From Ignavibacteriota bacterium (GTDB lineage Bacteria; Bacteroidota; Ignavibacteria; UBA10030): a stretch of DNA of 64,000 bases. Below the pieces are notes generated by a model that saw nothing but the letters and a program-made list of their open reading frames with translations, was not told the origin of the DNA and ran no database searches. Made by a program: the position numbers and the translations under genes. The stretch lies in the NCBI GenBank assembly GCA_963727825.1, contig CAVSHO010000007.1, positions 224,001-288,000 of the forward strand. Reading direction: 5' to 3'. Below, piece after piece: positions 1 to 10,603 of the stretch (its first letter is position 1; the number at the start of each line of letters is the position of its first letter).

Positions 1-757
1 CTTGGTTGATAAACATTCCCAAACCGTCAATTGTTTTTGCGCCGGCGGCTTGTGCGTCGCTTTGAAGGCGAGTAATCAATGGACGATAAACAAGGTCGAA
101 GATAATATGCTTGGATGATAACCAATGTGGATTTGGAAGTGGAGAGTCAAGAACATGAGGGAACATTCCTACATCAGTCGCATTGACGATGAGCGTGGAG
201 TCCTTAATTGCAGTTTCAAGCGTCGCATCGGTACAATGAATAACATTAAATAGGATATCACTGCTTCCAAGGTTTTTAATAAGCGCGTGAGCTTGCTCTG
301 GAAATAGAGCTGAGAAAGTAATCGCCTTTGGTTTGATATTATGAATAAGAACGTATGCCACTGAACGAGCCACACCGCCGGAACCTATAATTGTACACAT
401 TTTACCCTCGATTTTTTCTCGATCGAGGCGAAGCGATCTTTCAACGCCGATAACATCTGTGTTATATCCAATAAGCTTATTATTGAGATTTACGACAGTG
501 TTCACAGCGCCGATTGCACGTGCTTCCGGAACGACTTCATCAATAAGAGGAATGATTGTTTCTTTATGCGGAATGGTCACGTTAAATCCGCCCCATTTCT
601 GTTCTCTGAATCGTTCAATTGCTTGTTTCAAAGAAGCTGGTTCGATGTCAAGCATTTCATACTCGCAATCCAACCCAAGCAGTTTGAATGCCGTATTGTG
701 CATTAGCGGAGAAAGGGAATGACCAATTGGATGGCCGATAACTGCAAAATGTTTCAT
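1..757 (-). CDS. aroE: Shikimate dehydrogenase (partial, 3' end runs off the window)
   Basis: Manual translation from ATG at 757: MKHFAVIGHPIGHSLSPLMHN...GFNVTIPHK...GAVNTV...NTD...IVNATDVGM...DGLGMFINQ; start and end are in the same frame. Confidence 0.93.
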   Translation of the reverse strand, partial: MKHFAVIGHPIGHSLSPLMHNTAFKLLGLDCEYEMLDIEPASLKQAIERFREQKWGGFNVTIPHKETIIPLIDEVVPEARAIGAVNTVVNLNNKLIGYNTDVIGVERSLRLDREKIEGKMCTIIGSGGVARSVAYVLIHNIKPKAITFSALFPEQAHALIKNLGSSDILFNVIHCTDATLETAIKDSTLIVNATDVGMFPHVLDSPLPNPHWLSSKHIIFDLVYRPLITRLQSDAQAAGAKTIDGLGMFINQ

Positions 758-825
758 AATAGATACATATCCTAATTTTATAAAAAGTGAAAAACGTAGA
801 AATCAGTTGCAATATTGAAGAGCGG

Positions 826-2244
826 TCAGTGTTTTTTAAAAAGATGTGCGAACACTTGATCGGTCAAGAGGCTGGGATATAATTGTTCAAAATCTTTTTT
901 CATATCTGGCACCAAATGAAAGGCGATAAAAAATTCGTTCGATGCTTCTTCTTTTGAATTCATTGCCAACAGTACTTTTCCTCGACTAAAGTATGCCGGT
1001 GCAAATTTTGGATCAAGTCTTATGCATTCTCCTAACGCCGATAGTGCTCTGTCATAGGATCCTTTTTCACCAAGAGTGTCTCCGAGATCAAACCAAATTT
1101 CCGGATCTTTCGGATCCAATGTAACAACTTTTCGATAACACTCCAGGCAATCATCAATTCGTCCAAGATTATACAATGCATCTCCGCAGGCGTACCAATA
1201 TTCCGGATATTCAGAATTAATCTCAGCGGCTTTCTGATATTCAATCAAAGCCTGTGCCGTTTGCCCGATCGCATCGTAGCAGCATCCTTTGCCAAAAAAT
1301 GATTCATGGTGCCGATTGTTAATATTAATTGCGGCTGAATAGCAGGCGATGGCTTCGGTGAAGTCATTTAATTCCTCATACGCATTACCTAGATTATGCA
1401 ATGCCGCTACGTCTTTCGGTTCATACTGGAGAGTTGTCTTGAAACATCTAATAGCGTCCTGAAGCCGTCCAAGATTTGCGTACCCGTTGCCCATGTTATA
1501 CCATGCCGCAGGGAAATCCTCCTTAATCGCTAAAGCATATTCGTAGCTTTCAATGGCTTTAGTGAATTGCCCAATTCGATTCTGGACGATACCTTTATTA
1601 TACCAGGCATTATAATTATACGGATCGTGATTGATATGTTCGTTATAACAGCGGATGGATTCTTCTGGCTTGTCAAGATAATCGTAACAATATCCAAGTT
1701 CATACCACGCATCAATATAATCTGCATCGATTTGAAGAATATGATGGAAGATAGATTCTGCTTCCGTGTATCGTTCAAGTTTTTCCAGTGTCACACCCTT
1801 GTGGAACAGTGCATCTTGATGGGATGGATCAAGTTCGAGTGCTTGGTCGAACGAGTCCATCGATTCATTTATGCGATTCAAATTATCTAAGGTTATACCG
1901 CGATTTATGTATACCTCTGGATCGGTAGGATTCAGTCCTAGCGCTTTCTCGAAACAGACAAGTGCCTCATCATACTTGAATAAATTATTGAGGATCATAC
2001 CTCTCCTCTGCCAAGCATCTGCATTGAAAGGCTCAAATGAGAGCAACCGTTCTGCATAAATTAAAGCATCATCAAACTTATCGTGTTCAAAATAGAATTG
2101 GATAATTTCTTCCAACGCTTCTGGATTGTTAATATCTTTGCCGCCATTACGCAGTAATTCACGGAACCGCCGAACATCATCTTCTGAATGTTTGTTTGGT
2201 TTCGGGCCTATATTATTGTCATCAAAATGATCAAGATTAGACAC
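826..2244 (-). CDS. Tetratricopeptide repeat protein
   Basis: About 11 tandem 34-aa TPR units (AWYNxG...AIxxYxxAL.ixP). Confidence 0.9.
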   Translation of the reverse strand: MSNLDHFDDNNIGPKPNKHSEDDVRRFRELLRNGGKDINNPEALEEIIQFYFEHDKFDDALIYAERLLSFEPFNADAWQRRGMILNNLFKYDEALVCFEKALGLNPTDPEVYINRGITLDNLNRINESMDSFDQALELDPSHQDALFHKGVTLEKLERYTEAESIFHHILQIDADYIDAWYELGYCYDYLDKPEESIRCYNEHINHDPYNYNAWYNKGIVQNRIGQFTKAIESYEYALAIKEDFPAAWYNMGNGYANLGRLQDAIRCFKTTLQYEPKDVAALHNLGNAYEELNDFTEAIACYSAAININNRHHESFFGKGCCYDAIGQTAQALIEYQKAAEINSEYPEYWYACGDALYNLGRIDDCLECYRKVVTLDPKDPEIWFDLGDTLGEKGSYDRALSALGECIRLDPKFAPAYFSRGKVLLAMNSKEEASNEFFIAFHLVPDMKKDFEQLYPSLLTDQVFAHLFKKH

Positions 2245-2391
2245 TGCTTACTCCATCTTCAATAATTCACTTATCAATAAAAGAAATTAACGACTTGAAG
2301 TCAAGAAATGCACAAAGACACCATTTAATTTTTTACAAATTCGCTCATTTATGAGTAGTGGGCCATTTTTACATCGTCAATTAATCTAAAG

Positions 2392-2488
2392 TTAGATTCC
2401 CGCTTACAATCCGCGGGAATGACAAAAAAAAGTAAAATGTCATTCCCGTCCCGATTGATGCCTTCAATCGGGACTATCGGGAATCTAA
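2392..2488. repeat. REPIN-like doublet of GTCATTCCCG/CGGGAATGAC palindromes with a nested hairpin
   Basis: TTAGATTCCCG..CGCGGGAATGAC, spacer, then GTCATTCCCG[TCCCGATTGA..TCAATCGGGA]..CGGGAATCTAA, in inverted arrangement. Confidence 0.75.
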
Positions 2489-2565
2489 ATTCGCCCAATA
2501 CCCATTTATGTTTGTATTTGATTTTTGCAGCGAGTTGGAGTATATTTAATGTTCGTAAAAGCAGA

Positions 2566-3266
2566 ATGATTGCTGAAAATCTCAAAAATATGCGGAAACG
2601 CATTGAGCAGGCCTGCCAAAAGTGTGGACGGAAGATTGATGACGTACAGCTTATTGCGGTCGCGAAAACGTTTTCCGTAGAATTGATAAAGGAAGCAATC
2701 GATGCGGGTCAGATAGATTTTGGTGAAAATTACGTTCAGGAATTGCAGGAAAAACACAAGGCTCTCGCTGAACGAGAAGTACATTGGCATTTCATCGGTC
2801 ATCTGCAATCGAACAAGGCGAAATATATAGCCGAATATGTCGATCTCATTCACTCAGTCGACAATCTAAATCTCGGCAAAGAAATCAGCAAGCGAGCCGA
2901 ACGATGCAATCGTGTTCAAGATGTTCTGGTGGAAGTCCACACCACCGATGAAGCAACAAAGTTCGGCGTTCAGCCGGAACATACAATCGCCTTGATAAAA
3001 GAGTTGTCGCAGTTGTCTCATCTTCGAGTCTGCGGATTGATGACCATGGGACCATTTTCGGATAACCCGAATGATTCTTGTTCTTCATTCCGATGTGCGG
3101 CTGAACTGAAAAAGCAAATTGAAGCCGAAGGGAATTGATGAATGTGCAGATGCGTCACCTTTCGATGGGCATGACGCATGATTTTGATGTAGCGATTGAA
3201 GAAGGAGCTACGCTAGTTCGAATTGGAACGGCAATATTTGGAAGACGCACAAAGGACTTGAATTGA
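2566..3266 (+). CDS. yggS: PLP homeostasis protein YggS (apparent frameshift near 3130-3140)
   Basis: [32 protein letters not shown]. The C-terminus [34 protein letters not shown] continues in another frame to TGA at 3264-3266. Confidence 0.9.
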
Positions 3267-3277
3267 AAGGAACGACG

Positions 3278-3805
3278 ATGAAAATTACACCGTTAGAAAT
3301 TAAGAATCAGCAGTTCAAGAAATCGATGCGCGGATATGATCCCGTAGAAGTAGAGACTTTTCTTGAAATGGTCTCGAACGAAATGGAAGATTTGATACGC
3401 GAAAATAGGGAACAGAAAGATCAACTCCTTCAGCAGGAAACGCAGCTTGCTGATTATAAAAACATTGAAAAGACACTTCAGCAAACTTTAATGCAAGCGC
3501 AGGAAACAAGCGGAAAATCCATTGAAAATTCCAAGCGTGAGGCAGAGATTATCGTAAAGGAGGCAGAGGTCAAGGCGTCACAAATTGTGGAAAAAGCGCG
3601 GCTTGATTTTGCCCATATTAAAGAAGAAATCTCGCAGCTCAAAGCAAGGAAAGAAAGCGTTTTAAGTCGATTAAAAGTCTTGCTCTCGTCAGAATTAAAT
3701 TTGATGAAAGCGCTTGAGATTGATGATGACGAAGGAAAGAAAGATCCGTCTAGAGGTACAGGAAAAGATTTTTTAGAGCTTGAACAGATTCTGAAGAAGT
3801 TGTAA
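3278..3805 (+). CDS. divIVA: DivIVA domain protein
   Basis: MKITPLEIKNQQFKKSMRGYDPVEVETFL followed by a coiled coil; yggS-divIVA-ileS context. Confidence 0.88.
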   Translation: MKITPLEIKNQQFKKSMRGYDPVEVETFLEMVSNEMEDLIRENREQKDQLLQQETQLADYKNIEKTLQQTLMQAQETSGKSIENSKREAEIIVKEAEVKASQIVEKARLDFAHIKEEISQLKARKESVLSRLKVLLSSELNLMKALEIDDDEGKKDPSRGTGKDFLELEQILKKL

Positions 3806-3819
3806 TAGAGGATTCAAAG

Positions 3820-4647
3820 ATGATAGAACTAAGAAATCAAATTGCGCAAGCGTCAGAATTTATCCGTACCAAAACGGATGCAAAACCGAAGATCGGCATC
3901 ATTCTTGGAACCGGTCTTGGCGGGTTGGTGAAAGAGATCAAAAAGGAAGTTGTTATCGATTACGCCAATATCCCGTATTTTCCAATATCAACTGTCGAGT
4001 CACATCACGGTAAATTGATTTTCGGAACTCTTGCCGGGAAAAAAATCGTGGCTATGCAGGGACGTTTTCATCTTTATGAAGGATATAATCTGAAGCAAGT
4101 CACGTTTCCGGTTCGTGTGATGAAGTTTCTCGGTGTAAAAAGTATTCTCATTTCCAATGCCGCAGGTGCGCTCAATACGCTTTTTCGAAAAGGCGATGTG
4201 ATGATTATTTCTGACCACATTAATTTACTGGGCGATAATCCGCTTATAGGTCCTAATGATGATAAACTCGGGCCGCGATTTCCAGATATGTCGGAAGCAT
4301 ATAACAAAGACCTCATCGCACTCGCCGAACAAGCCGCACTTGATTTGAAGATTCGCGTACAGAAAGGCGTGTACATTGCTATGCAAGGACCAAATCTTGA
4401 GACGAAAGCCGAATATCGTTTTTTACGGACTATTGGTGCAGATGCTGTAGGAATGTCTACGATCCCTGAAGTCATAGTAGCAGTCCATATGGGAATGAGA
4501 GTTCTTGGTTTTTCAATTCTCACTGATGAATGTTTCCCGGACGCGCTGAAGCCGGCGTTGCTGGAAGAGATACTAAAAGTTGCCATGAAAGCTGAACCAA
4601 AAATGACAGCGATTATGAAGGAAGTTGTGAAGAGAATGAAGCCATAA
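3820..4647 (+). CDS. punA: Purine nucleoside phosphorylase (trimeric type)
   Basis: IILGTGLG, QGRFHLYEG, GPNLETKAE, DAVGMSTIPE motifs. Confidence 0.92.
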   Translation: MIELRNQIAQASEFIRTKTDAKPKIGIILGTGLGGLVKEIKKEVVIDYANIPYFPISTVESHHGKLIFGTLAGKKIVAMQGRFHLYEGYNLKQVTFPVRVMKFLGVKSILISNAAGALNTLFRKGDVMIISDHINLLGDNPLIGPNDDKLGPRFPDMSEAYNKDLIALAEQAALDLKIRVQKGVYIAMQGPNLETKAEYRFLRTIGADAVGMSTIPEVIVAVHMGMRVLGFSILTDECFPDALKPALLEEILKVAMKAEPKMTAIMKEVVKRMKP

Positions 4648-4773
4648 TGCAAAATTAAAATATAAATGAAAAATCGCTGAATCATGAAATCGTCAAATCG
4701 TAAATCACTTAGATGTTACGCAATACCAACGTGATACCAATAAATATAAAATGAAATAGAATAGAATAAAACG

Positions 4774-4895
4774 CACCACCCCTGCCTACCGGCAGGCAGG
4801 CCTTCATCCCCTCCTCGTTTGAGGAGGGGAAACCGTCCTAATTTATGATACTTTCTAATATGCAATATCTCAATATCGGGACGGAGGGGAGGTGG
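4774..4895. repeat. CCCCTC-type REP-like hairpin element with nested CCTGCCTACCGGCAGGCAGG palindrome
   Basis: CACCACCCC..TCCCCTCCTCgtttGAGGAGGGGA with the inverted half GGAGGGGAGGTGG downstream. Confidence 0.65.
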
Positions 4896-4962
4896 ACAAC
4901 TTTAAATAATATACAATACATAAATCACTTAATAACCAAATTATCAAATAGAAATTCTTAGA

Positions 4963-7900
4963 ATGTTCAAGCAGTTAACAGACAAATTAAATTACCACGA
5001 ACTCGAATCAGAAATTCTGAAGTCCTGGGAAACGAACGACATTTTCAAAAAGAGTATCTCCACGCGTGAAGGGAAAGAGGAGTTCACTTTTTACGAAGGT
5101 CCGCCGACGGCAAACGGCCGCCCCGGTATTCATCATGTGATGGGTCGGACTCTGAAGGACATAATTTGCCGCTACAAGACGATGCAGGGATTTCAAGTAC
5201 ATCGCAAAGCAGGTTGGGATACACACGGCTTGCCGGTTGAAATAGAAGTGGAAAAATCGCTTGGTTTCAAACACAAAGATGACATTGTCGGTTACGGTGT
5301 GGCTAAGTTTAACGAAGAATGCAAGAAGTCGGTTTGGAAATATAAAACAGATTGGGAAGAATTGACGAAGATGATGGGCTACTGGGTTGACCTCCAGCAT
5401 CCGTATGTCACCTTCGAGAACAATTATATCGAATCCATTTGGTGGGCACTGAAGCAGTATTTCAACAAAGGTCTTATTTATAAAGGATACAAAATTCAGC
5501 CGTACTGCCCGCGATGTGAAACACCATTGTCATCCCACGAAGTTTCGCTTGGTTACAAAGATGTCAAAGATCCATCTGTCTATTTAAAATTGAAAGTGAA
5601 AGGGGAAGAGAATACTTTTTTCCTTGTCTGGACAACGACGCCATGGACATTGATCTCGAACGTCGCTATCGCTGTTCATCCTGAAATTGATTACGTGAAA
5701 GTTGAACATAAAGGTGAAAAATTAATTCTTGCCGAAGCACGTTTGTCTGTGCTTGGTGATGAATACGTTGAGCTGGAAAAATTCAAAGGCGCAGCGCTTG
5801 CCGGCAAAGAATACGAGCGAATGTATTCGTATCATCAAGTGAAAGAAAAAGGATGGTACGTCGTCCTCGCTGATTTTGTTACGACGGAAGACGGCTCCGG
5901 TATTGTTCATATGGCTCCGGCGTATGGCGAAGATGATTATCAAATTGGTAGGAAGTATGGTTTACCGACAATTCATCCGGTGAATAAATCAGGTGAGTTC
6001 AATTCTGAAGTCACCGATTTTGCCGGCATGTTTGTGAAAGATGCCGATCAGGAGATCATTCAAAATCTTCGTCATCGAAATATTCTCTACAAGAAGGAAA
6101 TGCATCTCCACAGTTATCCGCATTGCTGGCGGTGTTTGTCGCCGTTATTGTATTATGCGCGCGAATCGTGGTACATTCGCACTACCGAATATTCGAAACG
6201 AATGATCGAGATGAACAAACAGATCAATTGGATTCCACCGGAAGTCGGCGCCGGCAGATTCGGTAACTGGCTTGAAGACAATAAGGACTGGGCGCTTTCT
6301 CGCGATCGTTTCTGGGGAACACCGCTACCCATTTGGCTGTGCGAAAAATGCGGTAAACAAAAATGCATTGGCAATGTGGAAGAATACAGGAAAGGTGCGA
6401 ATGTTTCGGAGCCGCTGGATTTACATAAGCCGTATGTTGATAATGTAACGTTTGTATGCGACTGCGGCAGGCACAATGAAACGCACGCCTGAGCTTATAG
6501 ATGTATGGTTCGATTCCGGCTCAATGCCGTTCGCACAATGGCACTATCCATTCGAGAATAAGGAAAGATTTGAGAGGGTATATCCTGCCGATTTTATTTC
6601 TGAAGGCATCGATCAAACGCGCGGATGGTTTTATACATTACATGCCATCGGCACATTTCTTTTCGACAAACCGGCGTTCAAAAATGTGCTCGTCAACGAA
6701 CTTATTCTCGATAAGCAAGGACAGAAAATGTCCAAGTCGAAGAACAACACAGTTGACCCATTTGAACTGCTTAAAAAATACAGCGCTGACACGGTGCGTT
6801 GGTATTTGGTTTCGCAAAGCCCTGTATGGCGGCCTACGTTATTTGATTCAGAAGTAATAGGCGAAGTTCAGCGGAAATTCTTCAGCACGCTTGTGAATAC
6901 GTACTCCTTTTTTGCGCTCTATGCGAATGTGGATGGATTCAATAACGGCGAACTGAGAATTCCAACAAGCGATCGGCAGGAAATTGATCAGTGGATTTTG
7001 TCTGAGTTGAATTCACTTATAAAAAATTATAATCAATCGATGGAAGGGTATGATGTAACACGGGCTGCGAGAGCTGTAAGTGATTTCACGATTGATCAGC
7101 TTTCCAATTGGTACGTGCGCCGCAACCGGCGGCGTTTCTGGAAAAGTGAAAAAGGGAAAGATAAAACCGCGGCATATCAAACTTTACATGAATGTCTACT
7201 AACGATTAGCAAACTCATTGCTCCATTCGCCCCGTTTTTGTCGGATGAAATATATCACAATCTGATGATGGGAAATAAATCGGTGTTAGAGTCTGTTCAT
7301 CTTGAAACAATGCCGATGCCGAATTCGAGTATTATCAATTTGGAACTCGAGCATCGGATGGAATATGTAATCCGGATAGTCGGACTTGTGCGGGCCATGC
7401 GGATGAAATCAAATTTAAAAGTTCGCCAGCCTCTTCAGAAAATTATTCTGCCGGTAAAATCCGAAGCAGATCGGAAAGAAATAGCATTGATGGAAGATGT
7501 GATTCTTGAAGAAATAAATGTTAAACAGATTGAATACGTCGCAGATGAATCTGCTATCATTAAAAAGAAATCAAAACCGAACTTTAAATCTCTTGGTCCA
7601 AAGTTTGGTAAATCAGTCCAACCGATAGCAGCTAGATTGCGTGAATTGACAGCCGAAGAAATTACCATGCTCCAATCGCAAGGAACTCTTTTGTTAAGAG
7701 TTGACGGCAAAGATTACACGATAGATACAAACGATGTGGAAATATTACACGAAGATATTCAAGGCTGGTTAGTTGAAACCGATGGCTCGCTGACAGTTGC
7801 GTTGGATACAGCTTTGACAGATGCACTCATCGACGAGGGGCTGGCGCGTGAATTTGTGAATCGAGTACAAAACCTGCGGAAAGATTCAGGTTTTGAAGTA

Positions 7901-8095
7901 ATAGATCGGATTCATATTCAGCATGCATCTTCAGAGCGCTTAACCAAAGCGCTGAACCGTATGACAGAATATGTGAAGCAAGAAACATTGGCAATTGATC
8001 TTCAGACAATCTCTAAAGAAGATGCCCAGAAACTTACAATAAAAAGTGAAGATATTAATGGTGAACAAAGTTTAATTGCAGTTGTGAGAATTTAG
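4963..8095 (+). CDS. ileS: Isoleucine--tRNA ligase, type 2 (one-base frameshift near 6469)
   Basis: FYEGPPTANGRPGIHH, GWDTHGLP, WTTTPWTL, SRDRFWGTP, DVWFDSG, EGIDQTRGWF, KMSKS. Removing one A in GGC-A-GGC joins the two ORFs (CDCGGTMKRTPE). Confidence 0.95.
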
Positions 8096-8159
8096 TTTAT
8101 ATTTGTGAAAGTTTAATTGATCGTTTTTAATATTGTCGCGATAACGCGGGAGAAAAGCC

Positions 8160-8666
8160 ATGGCAAAGAAAAAAGTTGCAAAAAAACCAACAGTGAAGAA
8201 AATAACCAGGCGCGTTTCGACGAAAGCCAAACGAAAAATCAGCATAAAGAAATCAAAACCGAAAGCTGCTGTCCAGAAAATTCAGTCCAAAAAAGGTTAC
8301 AGCAAAACTGAACTCGAACAATTCAAGAAAATAATTCTGGAAAAAAGAAAAGAAATACTTGAAGAACTTGAATCGCTAAAATCGACGATAATGGATGTAA
8401 CTACAGGGCAATACGAGATTGAAAATTCAACTTACTCGCTTCACATGGAACAGGGTACGGACGCAATGGAGCGGGAGAAAACATTTCTTTTTGCTTCGCG
8501 CGAAGGTAAGTTTCTTAATTACTTAGACGACGCTTTGCAGCGTATCCAGCATGGTACATACGGGTTCTGTTCTGAATGCGGTAATCTGATTGATAAGGAA
8601 CGACTCATGGCGGTTCCACATGCACACCAGTGCGTTAAATGCAAAATGAAAAAAGGCGGTAACTAG
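8160..8666 (+). CDS. dksA: TraR/DksA family C4 zinc-finger protein
   Basis: ALQRIQHGTYGFCSECGNLIDKERLMAVPHAHQCVKC; Lys-rich N-terminus. Confidence 0.85.
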   Translation: MAKKKVAKKPTVKKITRRVSTKAKRKISIKKSKPKAAVQKIQSKKGYSKTELEQFKKIILEKRKEILEELESLKSTIMDVTTGQYEIENSTYSLHMEQGTDAMEREKTFLFASREGKFLNYLDDALQRIQHGTYGFCSECGNLIDKERLMAVPHAHQCVKCKMKKGGN

Positions 8667-8757
8667 CTATCAGTGATCGATGATAAATCAGTAATCACAA
8701 ATCACTCTTCACGGTTTATTCTTCACTATTCATTCATTACGAATATCGAGGTATTTC

Positions 8758-9414
8758 TTGCGTGTCTTGTATGTAACTCTAGGTATTGTTTTTCTTGATC
8801 AGGTTACAAAGTTGTTGGTGAAAGGATTCACCCTGCCAATATTTGAATACTATCACCAAGGAATGCAGCTTGGGCAAAGTATTCCTGTAATCGGTGACTT
8901 TCTCCGGCTGACGTTTGTTGAAAATCCAGGTATGGCATTCGGCATTGAAATCGGTGGACGGTTATTCCTTACACTCTTCTCATTTGTTGCAAGCGTTGGT
9001 ATCTTCTATTATATCTACCGTTTGCGCGAAGAACCATTTATTGTTCGTTTAACGCTGGCAATGATCCTGGGTGGAGCGGTGGGTAATCTCATCGACCGAA
9101 TATTTTATGGCGTTATTTTTGGTGAGGGATCACTGTTCTACGGCAAAGTTGTTGATTTTATAGATATGGATTTTTTTCATATAGACTTTCTTATATTCCA
9201 CATAAACCGATTTGCCATATTCAATATTGCTGATGCCTCTGTCTCCACCGGTATTGTGCTGATGCTTTTATTTTACCGAAAGTTCTCTAAAGTGGAAGAA
9301 CCGGAAATAAAAGCAAATGAAGCAGAGCAGATTTCCACTGACCAGAACTCTTCGATCAGCAATACGAACGAACCAAAGAATGATATACAGAGTTCATCGG
9401 TGAATCCGTCATAA
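8758..9414 (+). CDS. lspA: Lipoprotein signal peptidase II
   Basis: DQVTK, NPGMAFG, GAVGNLIDR, VVDFI, FNIAD. Confidence 0.95.
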   Translation: MRVLYVTLGIVFLDQVTKLLVKGFTLPIFEYYHQGMQLGQSIPVIGDFLRLTFVENPGMAFGIEIGGRLFLTLFSFVASVGIFYYIYRLREEPFIVRLTLAMILGGAVGNLIDRIFYGVIFGEGSLFYGKVVDFIDMDFFHIDFLIFHINRFAIFNIADASVSTGIVLMLLFYRKFSKVEEPEIKANEAEQISTDQNSSISNTNEPKNDIQSSSVNPS

Positions 9415-9425
9415 CAGCACGAATT

Positions 9426-10415
9426 ATGTTTCCTCAAGAATCCTCTGGCGATAATACAGAGGAGCGCGAGCAACTCCGCATCGTCGTTCCCCCCCGTGAA
9501 CATCGTAAACGCCTCGATGTCTATCTTACACATCGAATTGAAAATGCCACGCGCAATAAAGTCCAGCAGGCCATTGAAGCTGGAACGGTGCTTGTAAACG
9601 GCAAGATTGTTAAGTCGAGTCACCTGCTCAATCCTGATGATGTTATTGATATTACGTTTCCGCATCCGCCGCGCATGGATGCAGAGCCGGAAGATATTCC
9701 GCTCGATATTGTGTTTGAAGATGTGTCTCTGCTTATTGTAAATAAACCAGCTGGTATGGTAACACATCCGGCATACAACAATTATTCTGGTACTCTTGTG
9801 AACGCACTCCTGCATCATTGCAATCATCTTTCTACGCTCAACACTGAAATGCGCCCCGGCATTGTACATCGATTAGATAAAGATACGACAGGATTAATGG
9901 TAGTGGCGAAAAGCGACGCGGTGCATGCATTTCTCGCAAAACAATTTGCCAAGCGCACTATCGACCGTGAGTACTGGGCGATAGTGTGGGGCAGATTCAA
10001 ATCGCCGAAAGGAACGATTGATGCAAATCTTGGCCGCAGCAAGCGTGATCGGAAAAAAGTGGCGGTAACAGAAGATGGGAAATCTGCAATTACGGAATAT
10101 GAGGTACTGAAAGAATTTGAATTTCTTTCGCTTGTTCGCCTGCATCTCAAGACCGGCCGTACTCATCAGATTCGTGTTCATCTGGCGCACATTAATCATC
10201 CGGTATTTGGCGATCCTACCTATGGCGGGCGAACCAATACGTGGAATGGATTGGAAGGGAAGAAGGCACAATCCGCAGCAAATCTTCTTAAGCTCATCCC
10301 GCGACAGGCACTGCATGCAAAGACTATCGGTTTTATTCATCCTGCAACAAAAGAATTTGTGAAGTTTGATTCTGAACTACCAGAAGATATGCAGGCAGTG
10401 TTGGCGAACATTTAG
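9426..10415 (+). CDS. rluD: 23S rRNA pseudouridine synthase, RluA/RluD family
   Basis: N-terminal S4 domain, VNKPAGMVTHP, HRLDKDTTG, TGRTHQIRVH. Confidence 0.92.
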   Translation: MFPQESSGDNTEEREQLRIVVPPREHRKRLDVYLTHRIENATRNKVQQAIEAGTVLVNGKIVKSSHLLNPDDVIDITFPHPPRMDAEPEDIPLDIVFEDVSLLIVNKPAGMVTHPAYNNYSGTLVNALLHHCNHLSTLNTEMRPGIVHRLDKDTTGLMVVAKSDAVHAFLAKQFAKRTIDREYWAIVWGRFKSPKGTIDANLGRSKRDRKKVAVTEDGKSAITEYEVLKEFEFLSLVRLHLKTGRTHQIRVHLAHINHPVFGDPTYGGRTNTWNGLEGKKAQSAANLLKLIPRQALHAKTIGFIHPATKEFVKFDSELPEDMQAVLANI

Positions 10416-10442
10416 TTTAACTGGGAAAAGCAAACTAATTAG

Positions 10443-10560
10443 AAGCTATCTCAAAAATACCATTTGCCGTCAGACTGAGCTTGTCGAAGTCTGATCTGTG
10501 GCATATTCCGTCACCCTTCGACAAGCTCAGGGTGACTTAAAATCATTTTTGAGATGGCTT
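10443..10560. repeat. MITE/REPIN-like element: outer inverted repeat enclosing two GTCA-type REP hairpins
   Basis: AAGCTATCTCAAAAAT ... ATTTTTGAGATGGCTT termini; inner GTCAGACTGAGCTTGTCGAAGTCTGA and TCACCCTTCGACAAGCTCAGGGTGAC are inverted relative to each other. Confidence 0.8.
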
Positions 10561-10603
10561 ATAGTTAGCCACGATATAATCCCTAACAAATTATTATTGG
10601 AAA

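Noticed and set aside
4648-4962. T-box riboswitch upstream of ileS
   Set aside because: No T-box consensus (AAGGTGGTACC/GGTGGAACC-like) or specifier stem; the structure present is a REP-like hairpin.
6440-6495. Programmed frameshift or genuinely split ileS
   Set aside because: No slippery heptamer; a single extra base explains it, and similar indels occur in other genes.
8667-8745. Short 7-8 nt imperfect repeats in intergenic gaps (also ~4670-4710 and ~62660-62740)
   Set aside because: Too degenerate to define a unit by eye; could be low-complexity AT-rich sequence.
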